Of a DNA stretch of 64,000 bases, positions 20,383 through 29,873 are shown piece after piece. How positions within the stretch are numbered: the stretch's first letter is position 1; every line of letters begins with the position of its first letter. Location: IMG/VR virus record IMGVR_UViG_3300044712_002668, positions 62,001 through 126,000 of that record; one strand, given 5' to 3'. A model generated the notes under the pieces. The model saw nothing but the letters and a program-made list of their open reading frames with translations, made no database searches and was not told where the DNA came from. The translations under genes and the position numbers were made by a program.

Positions 20383-21030
20383 ATGGCGAAGGAAAATTTC
20401 GGAAGAGCATACTGGATTCTAGGACCTTTACGGGATTTGTCAATAGTAAAAGTGGAAAATGACGATGTACACGATTCTATTGCATATTCTCGGTTGTTTC
20501 ATTTTCATAAATTTCATGAACTAGTTGAAAAGTATTATGAAGAAGAAAATTCCAAGAAAACAGATGTAGATAAAATGATGGCTATCAATGCCTTCAAACT
20601 TATTGGTATTCACTATATCCATATAATGCTACAGCATAATTTGAAGAAATGTCCTTACCCTGATGTAAAAGAAAAAATTGAGCAGATAATAACAGAATGT
20701 TGTGACCCAGATATAGCCAAACTTATCTTAGAAGGCGAACCAGTATGGAAAGGATTATTATCCAGGGGTGGAATCAGAGTACGTATCCATGAAGGCAATG
20801 CTAGTTTCGATGTGAACAATCTCAACGAATGGCACTTGAACAAGATAAGCGAATTCCTAAATCGTTTTCATGTAAACAAATTTATCATTAGTGATTTGGT
20901 ATCAGGTCAGACAAGCAAATGGCTTGATAGAGAAACTTTTTATAGGGTAAATGAAAGAACAATCTTTGCAAGGAAAATGCACAAAGCAATAAAACTTTCT
21001 TCACTATATTTCAAATTTTTAAAAAAATAA
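20383..21030 (+). CDS. Hypothetical protein
   Basis: 215-aa ORF with no recognised motif. Confidence 0.55.
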   Translation: MAKENFGRAYWILGPLRDLSIVKVENDDVHDSIAYSRLFHFHKFHELVEKYYEEENSKKTDVDKMMAINAFKLIGIHYIHIMLQHNLKKCPYPDVKEKIEQIITECCDPDIAKLILEGEPVWKGLLSRGGIRVRIHEGNASFDVNNLNEWHLNKISEFLNRFHVNKFIISDLVSGQTSKWLDRETFYRVNERTIFARKMHKAIKLSSLYFKFLKK

Positions 21031-21041
21031 GTTGTAGTAGC

Positions 21042-21072
21042 AAAAGAGGAGGCTATCAAACCTCCTCTTTTT
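21042..21072. terminator. Bidirectional intrinsic terminator
   Basis: AAAAGAGGAGG-ctatcaaa-CCTCCTCTTTT perfect 11-bp inverted repeat between convergent genes. Confidence 0.85.
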
Positions 21073-21074
21073 AT

Positions 21075-21443
21075 TTAACCTTTTAGTATTTTTATTTTTG
21101 ATGTTTTTTCTTCCACCTCCTTTATTGGAATATCAACGGTAAGAACCCCATTTTTCAATTTAGCTTCAATTTTATCTTCATCTATACTTCTTGGTAAAGA
21201 CCACCTCTTATGTATTTGTTTATTTATAAATGCATTATCTTTATTTTCTTTGTGTTCAGCTTTTATTTCAAGAATTTTATTCCTGATATCAATTGAGATT
21301 TCAGATTCCTCGAAGCCGGGGACTTCAAGGAACAAAGATATTTTTTTATCATCTTGTTTTACAAAATGATTAGCTTCTTCATAACTTTTAAAAAACGGTT
21401 GGAAGAATAAGTCACTGAATAAATCGTTTGTTCTGTATAGCAT
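21075..21443 (-). CDS. Small heat-shock protein (Hsp20/alpha-crystallin)
   Basis: EVPGFEESEISI...LP..IDEDKIEAKLKNGVLTVDIP. Confidence 0.92.
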   Translation of the reverse strand: MLYRTNDLFSDLFFQPFFKSYEEANHFVKQDDKKISLFLEVPGFEESEISIDIRNKILEIKAEHKENKDNAFINKQIHKRWSLPRSIDEDKIEAKLKNGVLTVDIPIKEVEEKTSKIKILKG

Positions 21444-21456
21444 TCTATAAATCTCC

Positions 21457-21516
21457 TTATCAGCTTTTATAATAAGCTGATAAAACCCATAATAATTACG
21501 ATATTTCTACTGTCAA
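21457..21516 (-). promoter_or_regulatory. Sigma70-type promoter plus 10-bp inverted repeat upstream of hsp20
   Basis: Minus strand TTGACA(21516-21511)-N16-TATTAT; TTATCAGCTT-N7-AAGCTGATAA (21457-21483) abuts the AGGAG RBS. Confidence 0.6.
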
Positions 21517-21539
21517 CTAATATTTTTGCAGTTTTGTAA

Positions 21540-22352
21540 ATGACGGATCAAAATTTTATAACTCCGGCTACTGGCGGATTTAGCCGATCTGATCTTTATG
21601 GTATTTACAATGTAGTCCAAAACTCTATATTCTCATACCCTAAAGAATTGGTAATAGGCATGTTGAGAGATATGTTCTCTCAAGACTCCTATTATCATTA
21701 TGTAGCAGATGAGTGGGGTTTTCCAAAAGTAAATGATCATACTGACATGCCTTTGGAAGCGGGTTATCATGATGATAACACAACTCGCATTTTCATAGGA
21801 GAGGCTTTCAGACATGATGTCATCATGTATCCAGCAATCCTGGTTAAGGCTGGAAGCTTTCGTTCCGTACCAATTTCATTGAGTAGAAATAAATATTGTA
21901 TAGAATATGAGAATACTTTATTTATTGATGGTTACGGCAATCAGGCTGTTATAAAAACTCCAAGATATTTGGAGTTGACAGGGGCATGGGAAGGGCAGCT
22001 TAATATTGATATCATTACAAGGGATATTTTTTCAAGGGATGAGATCAGTGGATTGTTGATGTTATTTTTTACTGACATTATTTATGAAGAACTCAAGAAT
22101 GCCGGGGTTATTGTAAAGCCACCCCAAGCCTCTGGACCATCAGAAGCAGAGGATAGAAACCAAGAGAAAATATATAAGTCCTCTATTACTCTGGATGTTC
22201 GTGGGGAGTGGAGAAGATTGATACCAATTTCCAGTGTTTTGGAACAAATCAATATATGCGTTGATTTTTCATCCGGCATTACCAATACAATTGCTTATAA
22301 CCTTGAAATAAATACAAAAGTTGATTTAATTTCCCAGATCAACTCTTTATAA
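21540..22352 (+). CDS. Putative tail completion/terminator protein
   Basis: Immediately upstream of the sheath; YPAILVK motif; one DGYGN. Confidence 0.5.
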   Translation: MTDQNFITPATGGFSRSDLYGIYNVVQNSIFSYPKELVIGMLRDMFSQDSYYHYVADEWGFPKVNDHTDMPLEAGYHDDNTTRIFIGEAFRHDVIMYPAILVKAGSFRSVPISLSRNKYCIEYENTLFIDGYGNQAVIKTPRYLELTGAWEGQLNIDIITRDIFSRDEISGLLMLFFTDIIYEELKNAGVIVKPPQASGPSEAEDRNQEKIYKSSITLDVRGEWRRLIPISSVLEQINICVDFSSGITNTIAYNLEINTKVDLISQINSL

Positions 22353-22437
22353 GCATATCCGCACATATATTTTAGACCGGTTCTTGTTAATACAACACGT
22401 AATAAGTACACATAAGAATAGATTAGGAGATTTTACT

Positions 22438-24921
22438 ATGGCCAGCAATATTCCAGGCGCAAGCGGTGCAGTACCAGGCGTTTATTTAGAAGCTCAAACA
22501 ATTCAACGTGGTATCAGCGTTCCGATTGGTAGTAGATTTGGTGTCATAATTGGCGAAGGGTTACGTGAAGAAGTTCTCGTATCAAATGCCAATGGTGGAG
22601 GAAGAGATGGATTCAATTCCACTTTCACATCAACCAAAGGAGCAAATGGTAGGTACTTTTTACTAGGCAAGGGCACAGATGTTGTAGCCCCTGTTATTCA
22701 AAATAGAAGTGTGCTATACAGGGATGGAATTCCTGTTACCCTAATTGAACAAACCATTGATCCAAACACTTCATTTGACAAGCGTTTTGGAGCAAGACTT
22801 GATCCAGCAACTGGACAAATCGAATTGCAAAAAGCCTCCTTTGTAGATCAGGGAGGATCTTATTTTGCAACCGGAGCTACCAATGTTGGTACTGGTGTAA
22901 TTTCAAATTTGACTCTTGCTAATACGGATGCAATTGCAGAAACCTGGTCTATTCGCTGCACAAGTGTACGTCGTGATGGTTATGGAAATCCAATTGATGG
23001 GTATGCAAAGTTTGTTGTTAGAGGCTCTGTTTCTGGTGTTATCCTTGATGGATATGGCAATCAGATTACATGGCAATCCAATGGTGTAATAACAAGCAAC
23101 GGTACTTTGTCCTTCTCTATCTCTGAGGGTGGTATTGCATTCCATGAAGGTGATTATTTCACTATTCAGATTGCTGGTGGTGGTCTTACAATAGGCGAGA
23201 CTTTATCAGCGGAATATATTTCAGAAATTGGATTGAATGCTCCAGCGTTTTATACATCAATGAATGATATCGCTGGAAAGTTTGGCTCTCCAAGTCTAAC
23301 CAATAGATTATCATTAGCGGCTCAGTTGGCATTTGATAATGGACCTCCTGGAGTGTTTGCAATTCAAGCAAAACCAGCGGTACCACGTAGATTGTCATAC
23401 AGTCTTGTAACATCTGCATCTGGATATGCCACAGCCGATGATTTGACATTTGCTCTACCATTATTGGTAACTCCAGATACAAATTCTGATATCCACTTCT
23501 TTGTAACCAATCCAACTACAAAGCTTGAAACACAGATTATACCAAATAAGGTTACATTCTATGATCCAACCATAACTTCAAATCCAAGTGGGTTTATATT
23601 TGGACAAACATATTCATACACAGTGGTTCTTGAACCTTCTGTTCAGAAATCAGGAACAGACGGTGTCTTGACTCCAACTGGAGCTTATCTTGGAGGATAC
23701 AGCGCTCAATTGGCAAGCTCATCTGTTACATTCAACATGGATGACTTGGAGTTGACAAGAAGTGTCAAGATTTATGATTCTGTCAATGGAAACAATGGTA
23801 CATTCAGTGTTATCAGCGTATCAAACGGAAAGATAAACATATATAGTGCAACACCATTTGGTACAGCAGAAACCGGAGTACGCTTCCAGGTTTTGGATTC
23901 AAGTGTCAGCAGCTCACGTATCTTGTTTACCTCTGACCTGGCTTTGACTCTAGGAGCTTCTCTTCGCTGTACATTAGTAGACAGCAAGGATGCTGATTTT
24001 TATGATGCAGGATGGGAGTTGGCTTATACAGCAGCCGAGCGCATTGATGTTGATATGGTTATCCCAGTACCAAGTCAGACAATTTCAGCAATCTTCCAGA
24101 ACGGTAAGGTTCACGTTGAGACAATGAGTAACATTGAAAACAAGCGTGAGCGTATCTTGATGATTGGAGCAATCAATGGGTTGTTACCAACAGCCGTGAC
24201 AGGTGATGTATTGGCTGCGGTTGAGGATGTTGGAATTCTGGAAGGAATTCAAGGAGATTCTGTTACTGAGATTCTTGCAGGTAATATTGAAGACCTGGCG
24301 AACTATGATGTACAGAATGCATATGGTGATAGCTACAGAGTAGTTTATTTCTATCCGGATCAGATTGTAGTCAACATTGCGGGTCAGAATACAATAGTTG
24401 ATGGCTTCTTCATGGCAGCGGCTGCAATGGGATACTTCTCAGGTAGCTTGCAGACAGCAGAGCCTTTGACCAACAAGACAATCGCAGGGTTCTCAATTAG
24501 TAACACCAGGACATTCTCTCCAACCGTTACCAAGAGCCTGGTTAATGCTGGAATTACTTTGGTAACACAGGCAGCGGGTGGTGGAAGAGTTATCTGGGGC
24601 AAGACAACAACCACCAGTGGTCAGCCAGAGGAAGAAGAGATTAGCATTGTATTCTGCAGGGATGCAATCTCCAAGGCTTTGAGAACTGGATTCCAACCTT
24701 ATATTGGACATGCAGAAACTCCAACCTTGCCAGTAACCTTGCAAAACACTGCTGCATCACTTTGTACAGCATTCATTACACAGAGATTGATTTCAGCTTA
24801 TAATGGACTTACTGTTGGAAGAGATCCTGTAGAGCCAAGACAATGGAATATCTCGTTGAATGTACAACCAATTTATCCAGTCAATTGGATATACATCAAG
24901 GTTAATGTAGGACTTATATAA
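22438..24921 (+). CDS. Tail sheath protein
   Basis: N-terminal PGVY; C-terminal HVETMSN..ER, EPLTNKTIAGF, LVNAGITLV, EEISIV, QPIYPVNWIYI; AGGAG RBS before ATG 22438. Confidence 0.88.
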   Translation: MASNIPGASGAVPGVYLEAQTIQRGISVPIGSRFGVIIGEGLREEVLVSNANGGGRDGFNSTFTSTKGANGRYFLLGKGTDVVAPVIQNRSVLYRDGIPVTLIEQTIDPNTSFDKRFGARLDPATGQIELQKASFVDQGGSYFATGATNVGTGVISNLTLANTDAIAETWSIRCTSVRRDGYGNPIDGYAKFVVRGSVSGVILDGYGNQITWQSNGVITSNGTLSFSISEGGIAFHEGDYFTIQIAGGGLTIGETLSAEYISEIGLNAPAFYTSMNDIAGKFGSPSLTNRLSLAAQLAFDNGPPGVFAIQAKPAVPRRLSYSLVTSASGYATADDLTFALPLLVTPDTNSDIHFFVTNPTTKLETQIIPNKVTFYDPTITSNPSGFIFGQTYSYTVVLEPSVQKSGTDGVLTPTGAYLGGYSAQLASSSVTFNMDDLELTRSVKIYDSVNGNNGTFSVISVSNGKINIYSATPFGTAETGVRFQVLDSSVSSSRILFTSDLALTLGASLRCTLVDSKDADFYDAGWELAYTAAERIDVDMVIPVPSQTISAIFQNGKVHVETMSNIENKRERILMIGAINGLLPTAVTGDVLAAVEDVGILEGIQGDSVTEILAGNIEDLANYDVQNAYGDSYRVVYFYPDQIVVNIAGQNTIVDGFFMAAAAMGYFSGSLQTAEPLTNKTIAGFSISNTRTFSPTVTKSLVNAGITLVTQAAGGGRVIWGKTTTTSGQPEEEEISIVFCRDAISKALRTGFQPYIGHAETPTLPVTLQNTAASLCTAFITQRLISAYNGLTVGRDPVEPRQWNISLNVQPIYPVNWIYIKVNVGLI

Positions 24922-24943
24922 GGAATAAAATAATAGGTGACAA

Positions 24944-25624
24944 ATGGCAAATAATTATCCTTTAACAGGAACTCCACTAAAAACCAATACAGCTTCTTCT
25001 GGTCTTGAACAAGCCACTAATACCGCTGTTAGTACCAACATTATTATCCTTGTAGAAGGTCAAGCTGTTGGTGCCGTTCAAAGCATCAACTATGGTGAGT
25101 CAAGAACAATTCACTTTGTTGATGAAATTGGAACAGATGGCCACATTGACAGCGTACCTCAAAAGGCAGTTGACATTCAAGGCTCTGCAAAACGTGTAAG
25201 GTTTGCAGGAAAGAGAATCGCACAAGCCTTCCAAAGAGGGTTTGTACACGTCTCTGCACAACGTAGACCTTTTGATATAGTTATCGTTGATTATTTCCAA
25301 GCTAAAGGAATTGTAGGATCTATTGATAATGCACAAACTACACCAGGTGCCATCTCAACAACCCTCAAGAATTGCTGGATTACAAGGCTTCAAACTGCAT
25401 ATCAAACAAATGAGTTTGTCATCACTGAAGATATGGACTTCCAGGCTGAGACTATTTACAGCAGATTACATAGTGATAGTCAAACGGTACCAGTTGGAAC
25501 TAATAGTAACGTTGGGGGAGATAAAACGGACACTATTGAACGTTCTGCTGACTATGGTGCTCGTAGAGGTGCTCTTGATGCATCTGGTCTTATGGCTATT
25601 ACACAAACCGGCGAATTGACTTAA
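24944..25624 (+). CDS. Tail tube protein
   Basis: Follows the sheath; VGAVQSI, EIG, PFDIVIVD, TTLKNCWIT, ITEDMDFQAE tube-type pattern. Confidence 0.8.
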   Translation: MANNYPLTGTPLKTNTASSGLEQATNTAVSTNIIILVEGQAVGAVQSINYGESRTIHFVDEIGTDGHIDSVPQKAVDIQGSAKRVRFAGKRIAQAFQRGFVHVSAQRRPFDIVIVDYFQAKGIVGSIDNAQTTPGAISTTLKNCWITRLQTAYQTNEFVITEDMDFQAETIYSRLHSDSQTVPVGTNSNVGGDKTDTIERSADYGARRGALDASGLMAITQTGELT

Positions 25625-25665
25625 TAACAGCTGATATATAATGTGCTTATAAAGGGAGTTAGCAC

Positions 25666-26343
25666 ATGCCAACAATAAAAAGTCAAATCGGTCAGGGAAA
25701 CATTCCGTCACCACAAGGTAAAGTTTATACAGTAAGTAATGTTGAAGAGGATTCGCCAGAGATGATGAATCCTCTTCAAGTCATGTCTGGGGGTCAAAAA
25801 ATATCCAATGAAGAAGCTGCTCTTATGCGCAGCAAAATGCTTCAACAAAAGGGATCTCTTAATCAAGATGCCCGTAGACGTATTGATATTATTACTGGTA
25901 TCGGACGTAGAACAAAAGATGTTGAAGTAGTACAAGCGGATTCCAGTATTACTGTTTTTACCCTGAGAACTTTGAAAGGAGTAGAGCAGAAGAAACTGAT
26001 AGAGGTAATAGAGGGTTCTAATAGGGCCTCTATGCCTAATGGTGAGCTTATAATCATGCCAACGAGTCTTTATTTGATACGTCTTACAACGCTCAAATAT
26101 TCGTTATCAGCGATTGATGGTATAGATGTAGACATTGTACTAGGATGTTCTGATCAGCCGTTTGAACAGCGTGTAGAGGCCAGGAAAGAGCTATTGGAGG
26201 ATATGGATGATGCTCTTACGGCTTATTTATATTCCAAGTATCAAGAACTGCACCAAGAGACAGCAGATGGATATGTTGTAAAAACAGATGAGGAGGCAAA
26301 AGCGGTAGTTAACGCGATCTCCAAAAGTGGTTCAGGAGCCTGA
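25666..26343 (+). CDS. Tail assembly chaperone (G-like)
   Basis: Between tube and tape measure; FTLRTL motif; acidic helical C-terminus. Confidence 0.6.
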   Translation: MPTIKSQIGQGNIPSPQGKVYTVSNVEEDSPEMMNPLQVMSGGQKISNEEAALMRSKMLQQKGSLNQDARRRIDIITGIGRRTKDVEVVQADSSITVFTLRTLKGVEQKKLIEVIEGSNRASMPNGELIIMPTSLYLIRLTTLKYSLSAIDGIDVDIVLGCSDQPFEQRVEARKELLEDMDDALTAYLYSKYQELHQETADGYVVKTDEEAKAVVNAISKSGSGA

Positions 26344-26662
26344 GCAACAATTCTATTATGACATGTTTTTAGAACGTGGAATATTACCCGGTGACCAATT
26401 CTATGAGGATATTAACCCATATTTAAAGAGATGGTTATTCGAGGCATGGGCTTATAAGAGAGAAAGGGAATATACAGAGAAACGTTCTCTAGCTATTCTT
26501 GTAGGTTCATTCCATAATCCAGAAGCAGCGCAAAAGATGGTCAAAGATGAGAACCCTGATGTATCAATTACAAGCGATGAATGGGAGCAATCATCTGAGA
26601 TGTTATTGACAGAGCTGCCAAAGGAGAAGAAGAGCCGTCGAAAACGCAAAATTATAGAGTAA
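26327..26662 (+). CDS. Second tail assembly chaperone segment (T-like; possibly a frameshift product)
   Basis: Overlaps the previous ORF in the +1 frame; GTG start without an adjacent SD. Confidence 0.5.
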   Translation: MVQEPEQQFYYDMFLERGILPGDQFYEDINPYLKRWLFEAWAYKREREYTEKRSLAILVGSFHNPEAAQKMVKDENPDVSITSDEWEQSSEMLLTELPKEKKSRRKRKIIE

Positions 26663-26665
26663 AAT

Positions 26666-28900
26666 ATGGTTGATGCAAATACTACTTATAGCGCACAAGA
26701 ACTTAAAGAACTTTCCGAATCAGTTCCACAAGTAACTGACCAGTTGAATACTCTCATATCAACAATGGAGAAAGCGCATAAAAGTACTATTAGTTATGCT
26801 GATGTCATAAAACAAATACCAGAGGGAGCTGTAAAAGCATTTAATACTACTTCAGATGTATTAAAGAATTTACAAAAAAATGTTGAAAAGTATTTTGATT
26901 CATGGAAACAAACTTTTGGGGTTCAAACTGGTGATTTAACTTCTTTCAATAATCTTTTAAAACAAATCAATTCAAATTTAGATCCTAAATCTGTAATGGC
27001 TTTTGTTTTTGCCATAGAACCTTTTTTCAAGGTATTACCTGATAATATAAGGCATCTTGATAAACTTGATGAAGGATTCAAAAACGTTTCCAAATCAAGC
27101 ACTACAGCCAAGGAATCTTTTGAGAGTTTCAGACCTGCTTTTGAAAAATTATTTTCAATGGGTAGAGGTCAAAAATTTGGAAAACATATAGCAGATGGTG
27201 TTTCGGATATTGTTGGACAAATTGATAAAGTAAACAATATGGAAAGAGCCATGTTCAATATGGCTAATAGTATTGGTCATTTGGATTTTACTGGATTTGG
27301 AGGTTCTGATCCTTTTCATGCATTTGATGCAGGTTCTAAAAGATTAGAAAATTTAACTACACAGTTTGTATACTCATCTATTCAAATAGCTAAAGAGAAT
27401 AAATCTGGTATTCAAGAGGCTATGAATTTAACCAAACAAATAGGTGAAGGTATTCCAAAAGCTCTTGAACAAACCATTACACCCATGGGTCATTTTGCTT
27501 CAGGTTTGAACTATACAAGTGCTGCAATGAAATTAGCCGCAGGTACTGGACAAGATAATGCTAAAATGGTTGAACATCTTAAAACAATGTATGATAAGTT
27601 TGGTGTTTCTGGTACTGAAGCTATGGAACGTATAGCTGCATTTTCTGATGTTCACAATCAGTTAAAAGATATAACACAACAACAAGCTATTAAAATAATT
27701 ACAGAATCAGCTGAGAAATTCAAACTTTTGGGAGATAATACTCTTGCTGCAACTAATATATTAAAACAATTTGATTTGGCAATGAAAGGAAGCAAATTAA
27801 GCCCTGAAGGAATTTCAGCCGTTGTAAGTGGAATGACAGATGGAATCAAGGGTATGAATGAAGCTCAGAAAGCTTTCGTGTCCCAACAAACTGGAGGACC
27901 AGGAGGATTAGCTGGAGCTTTCAAGATTGATTATGCTTTACAGCAAGGCAAGATGGATGAGGTTTTGAAACAAACCATGCAGGCCATGCAGAAACAATTT
28001 TCTGGACCTGTTTTGACACTGAAAGATGCCGCTCAAAACCCTGCATTATCTGGTGAGTTTTATAAGCAGGTTGAGTTTATCAAGAGTGTTTCAGGTTTAG
28101 CAAAGGATAACCAGAGTGCGTATAGAGTTTTGGAGGCTATGAAATCTGGACTTGTAGATAAATTACAAGCTCCAAAAGATGATGGACGAGCAGTGTTGGG
28201 AACAAAGCTTGAAATTGGTCACAATCTTCAAAAAATTGCCAATACAGAGCTTCAGAATTTGAATAGAAAAGCAGAAGAATTATCTCTTCTTAGTATGTTA
28301 TCAAATTCTCAAACATATGGTGGGCTTATCAGGGATAGAACTGATATGACACCTACAAGACCAAATACCATTCAAGTACTTGGACAACAAAACAGACTAA
28401 ATCTTGCAGATTTAGAAAAAATGATGAATAATACAAAAAATGAAATAAGTACTCTTAAAAATGTGGTAGGAGAAAAATTAAATCCAATTAAAGATTTGCT
28501 TTTATCTTATATGGGAACAAAAGATCCGAAAGCAAAAGAGACAGTACAGACATCAAGAGCGGCAGCAGCTACCGCTGCACAGTTTGGTGAAATGAGAAAA
28601 GTAAAGCCGATTGAGGGTAAGTCAGCAAATGAGCTTCCAAGTGGATATGGTGAACAACCAGATAAGGATCCGTGGGCTGATGTTTCTGGGGCACCACCCC
28701 CACCAATAGCACCTACCACCGCACCTAGAACAACAGCGGCTTTAGCTCCAGATACAAGAAAAACAAAATACAATGACGATGATGATACTGAGGTTTTAGT
28801 GCGTTTGGCCTTTGAAAAACCTGATGGTACTAAAACGCCAAGCATTCCTATTAAACCAGGTGGGGTAACAGTAACTCAAGTTATAATAGGAAATGGATAA
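26666..28900 (+). CDS. Tape measure protein
   Basis: Long helical Ala/Lys/Gln/Met-rich protein after the chaperones; Pro-rich C-terminus. Confidence 0.7.
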   Translation: MVDANTTYSAQELKELSESVPQVTDQLNTLISTMEKAHKSTISYADVIKQIPEGAVKAFNTTSDVLKNLQKNVEKYFDSWKQTFGVQTGDLTSFNNLLKQINSNLDPKSVMAFVFAIEPFFKVLPDNIRHLDKLDEGFKNVSKSSTTAKESFESFRPAFEKLFSMGRGQKFGKHIADGVSDIVGQIDKVNNMERAMFNMANSIGHLDFTGFGGSDPFHAFDAGSKRLENLTTQFVYSSIQIAKENKSGIQEAMNLTKQIGEGIPKALEQTITPMGHFASGLNYTSAAMKLAAGTGQDNAKMVEHLKTMYDKFGVSGTEAMERIAAFSDVHNQLKDITQQQAIKIITESAEKFKLLGDNTLAATNILKQFDLAMKGSKLSPEGISAVVSGMTDGIKGMNEAQKAFVSQQTGGPGGLAGAFKIDYALQQGKMDEVLKQTMQAMQKQFSGPVLTLKDAAQNPALSGEFYKQVEFIKSVSGLAKDNQSAYRVLEAMKSGLVDKLQAPKDDGRAVLGTKLEIGHNLQKIANTELQNLNRKAEELSLLSMLSNSQTYGGLIRDRTDMTPTRPNTIQVLGQQNRLNLADLEKMMNNTKNEISTLKNVVGEKLNPIKDLLLSYMGTKDPKAKETVQTSRAAAATAAQFGEMRKVKPIEGKSANELPSGYGEQPDKDPWADVSGAPPPPIAPTTAPRTTAALAPDTRKTKYNDDDDTEVLVRLAFEKPDGTKTPSIPIKPGGVTVTQVIIGNG

Positions 28901-28923
28901 TCTGCATAAGTTAACATATATGC

Positions 28924-29856
28924 ATGCCTACATTATTCCAATTTCCAGCTGGTATTGCGGCTGCTGATGCAGTATCCGGGTATAGCTCAAGTAATGCACC
29001 TGTAAGGGATTTCCCTAGTGTAAAAGGTAATAATGGTACTCGTCAATCTCAAGTACCAAATAAAAGACCAGCTGTAAATACCAGAAATATGCTTCGTTGG
29101 ATGCTTCCTGAATCTGGTGTTGTTGAAATGTTTGTAAACCCTAGCTCTCTCTCTATCAGTGATAGAAAAAAAATAAATGAAGTAAGAACAAAGAACGGAT
29201 TTATACTTCAATATTGGGGAGAGGAACTTACTACCATTACTGGTTCAGGTACCACAGCCAGCTCCGGCGTAGAAGGTATAAATGTTTTATATGACATATA
29301 CCGCAATGAACAAGTAAATATGGATCCATTGGCCTTGGCTGTGGAAGCAGCCAAACAGGCCCAAGATGCCACCAATCCTTTCAATGGTATTGAAAGCATT
29401 GTCAATGTAGGTTTAAAACCTGTTGGTGATTATATAATGGATACAGCTTCCAATATATTAACTAATAGTAATAGTAGCCCAGTAAGGCCAAGGCCAACAC
29501 TTGCATCAATGGCTTTTACAGTAGAGATGTACTGGTCAGGGTGGGTGTTCAGGGGATTTTTCACAGATTTTAGAGTAGAGGAAAGAGCAGAGAAGACTGG
29601 ATTATTTGATTATTCATTTACATTCAAAGCTACACAGAAGAGAGGTTTGAGACTTAACTTCATGCCATGGCATAGGAGTGCAGTTAATGGGCCGAGCAAT
29701 TCCTCTGATCCTTCAATGGGTGGCGTGCCATATTCTTTCTCAGAAATGGATCCAGCAAATCCTGGTACTGCAGCGATTTATGCAAGCTTCCCCCAACAGG
29801 TTCCTCCATCAATTCTTGATAGCCAGGTACCATTTCCTGGAAAGTTCACAAAATAA
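28924..29856 (+). CDS. Baseplate tube-initiator (gp48/gp54-like) protein
   Basis: MFVNPSSLSI..K..RTKNGF...WGEEL..I..SGTT and FRGFFTDFRVEE...FDYSFTF pattern; follows the TMP. Confidence 0.6.
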   Translation: MPTLFQFPAGIAAADAVSGYSSSNAPVRDFPSVKGNNGTRQSQVPNKRPAVNTRNMLRWMLPESGVVEMFVNPSSLSISDRKKINEVRTKNGFILQYWGEELTTITGSGTTASSGVEGINVLYDIYRNEQVNMDPLALAVEAAKQAQDATNPFNGIESIVNVGLKPVGDYIMDTASNILTNSNSSPVRPRPTLASMAFTVEMYWSGWVFRGFFTDFRVEERAEKTGLFDYSFTFKATQKRGLRLNFMPWHRSAVNGPSNSSDPSMGGVPYSFSEMDPANPGTAAIYASFPQQVPPSILDSQVPFPGKFTK

Positions 29857-29873
29857 AGATATAAAGGTATAGT

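Noticed and set aside
22975-23055. DGYG as a substrate of a radical-SAM splicease (xYG tyramine excision)
   Set aside because: Only about a quarter of DGY sites are followed by Gly and no radical-SAM CxxxCxxC enzyme is in the window; not excluded genome-wide
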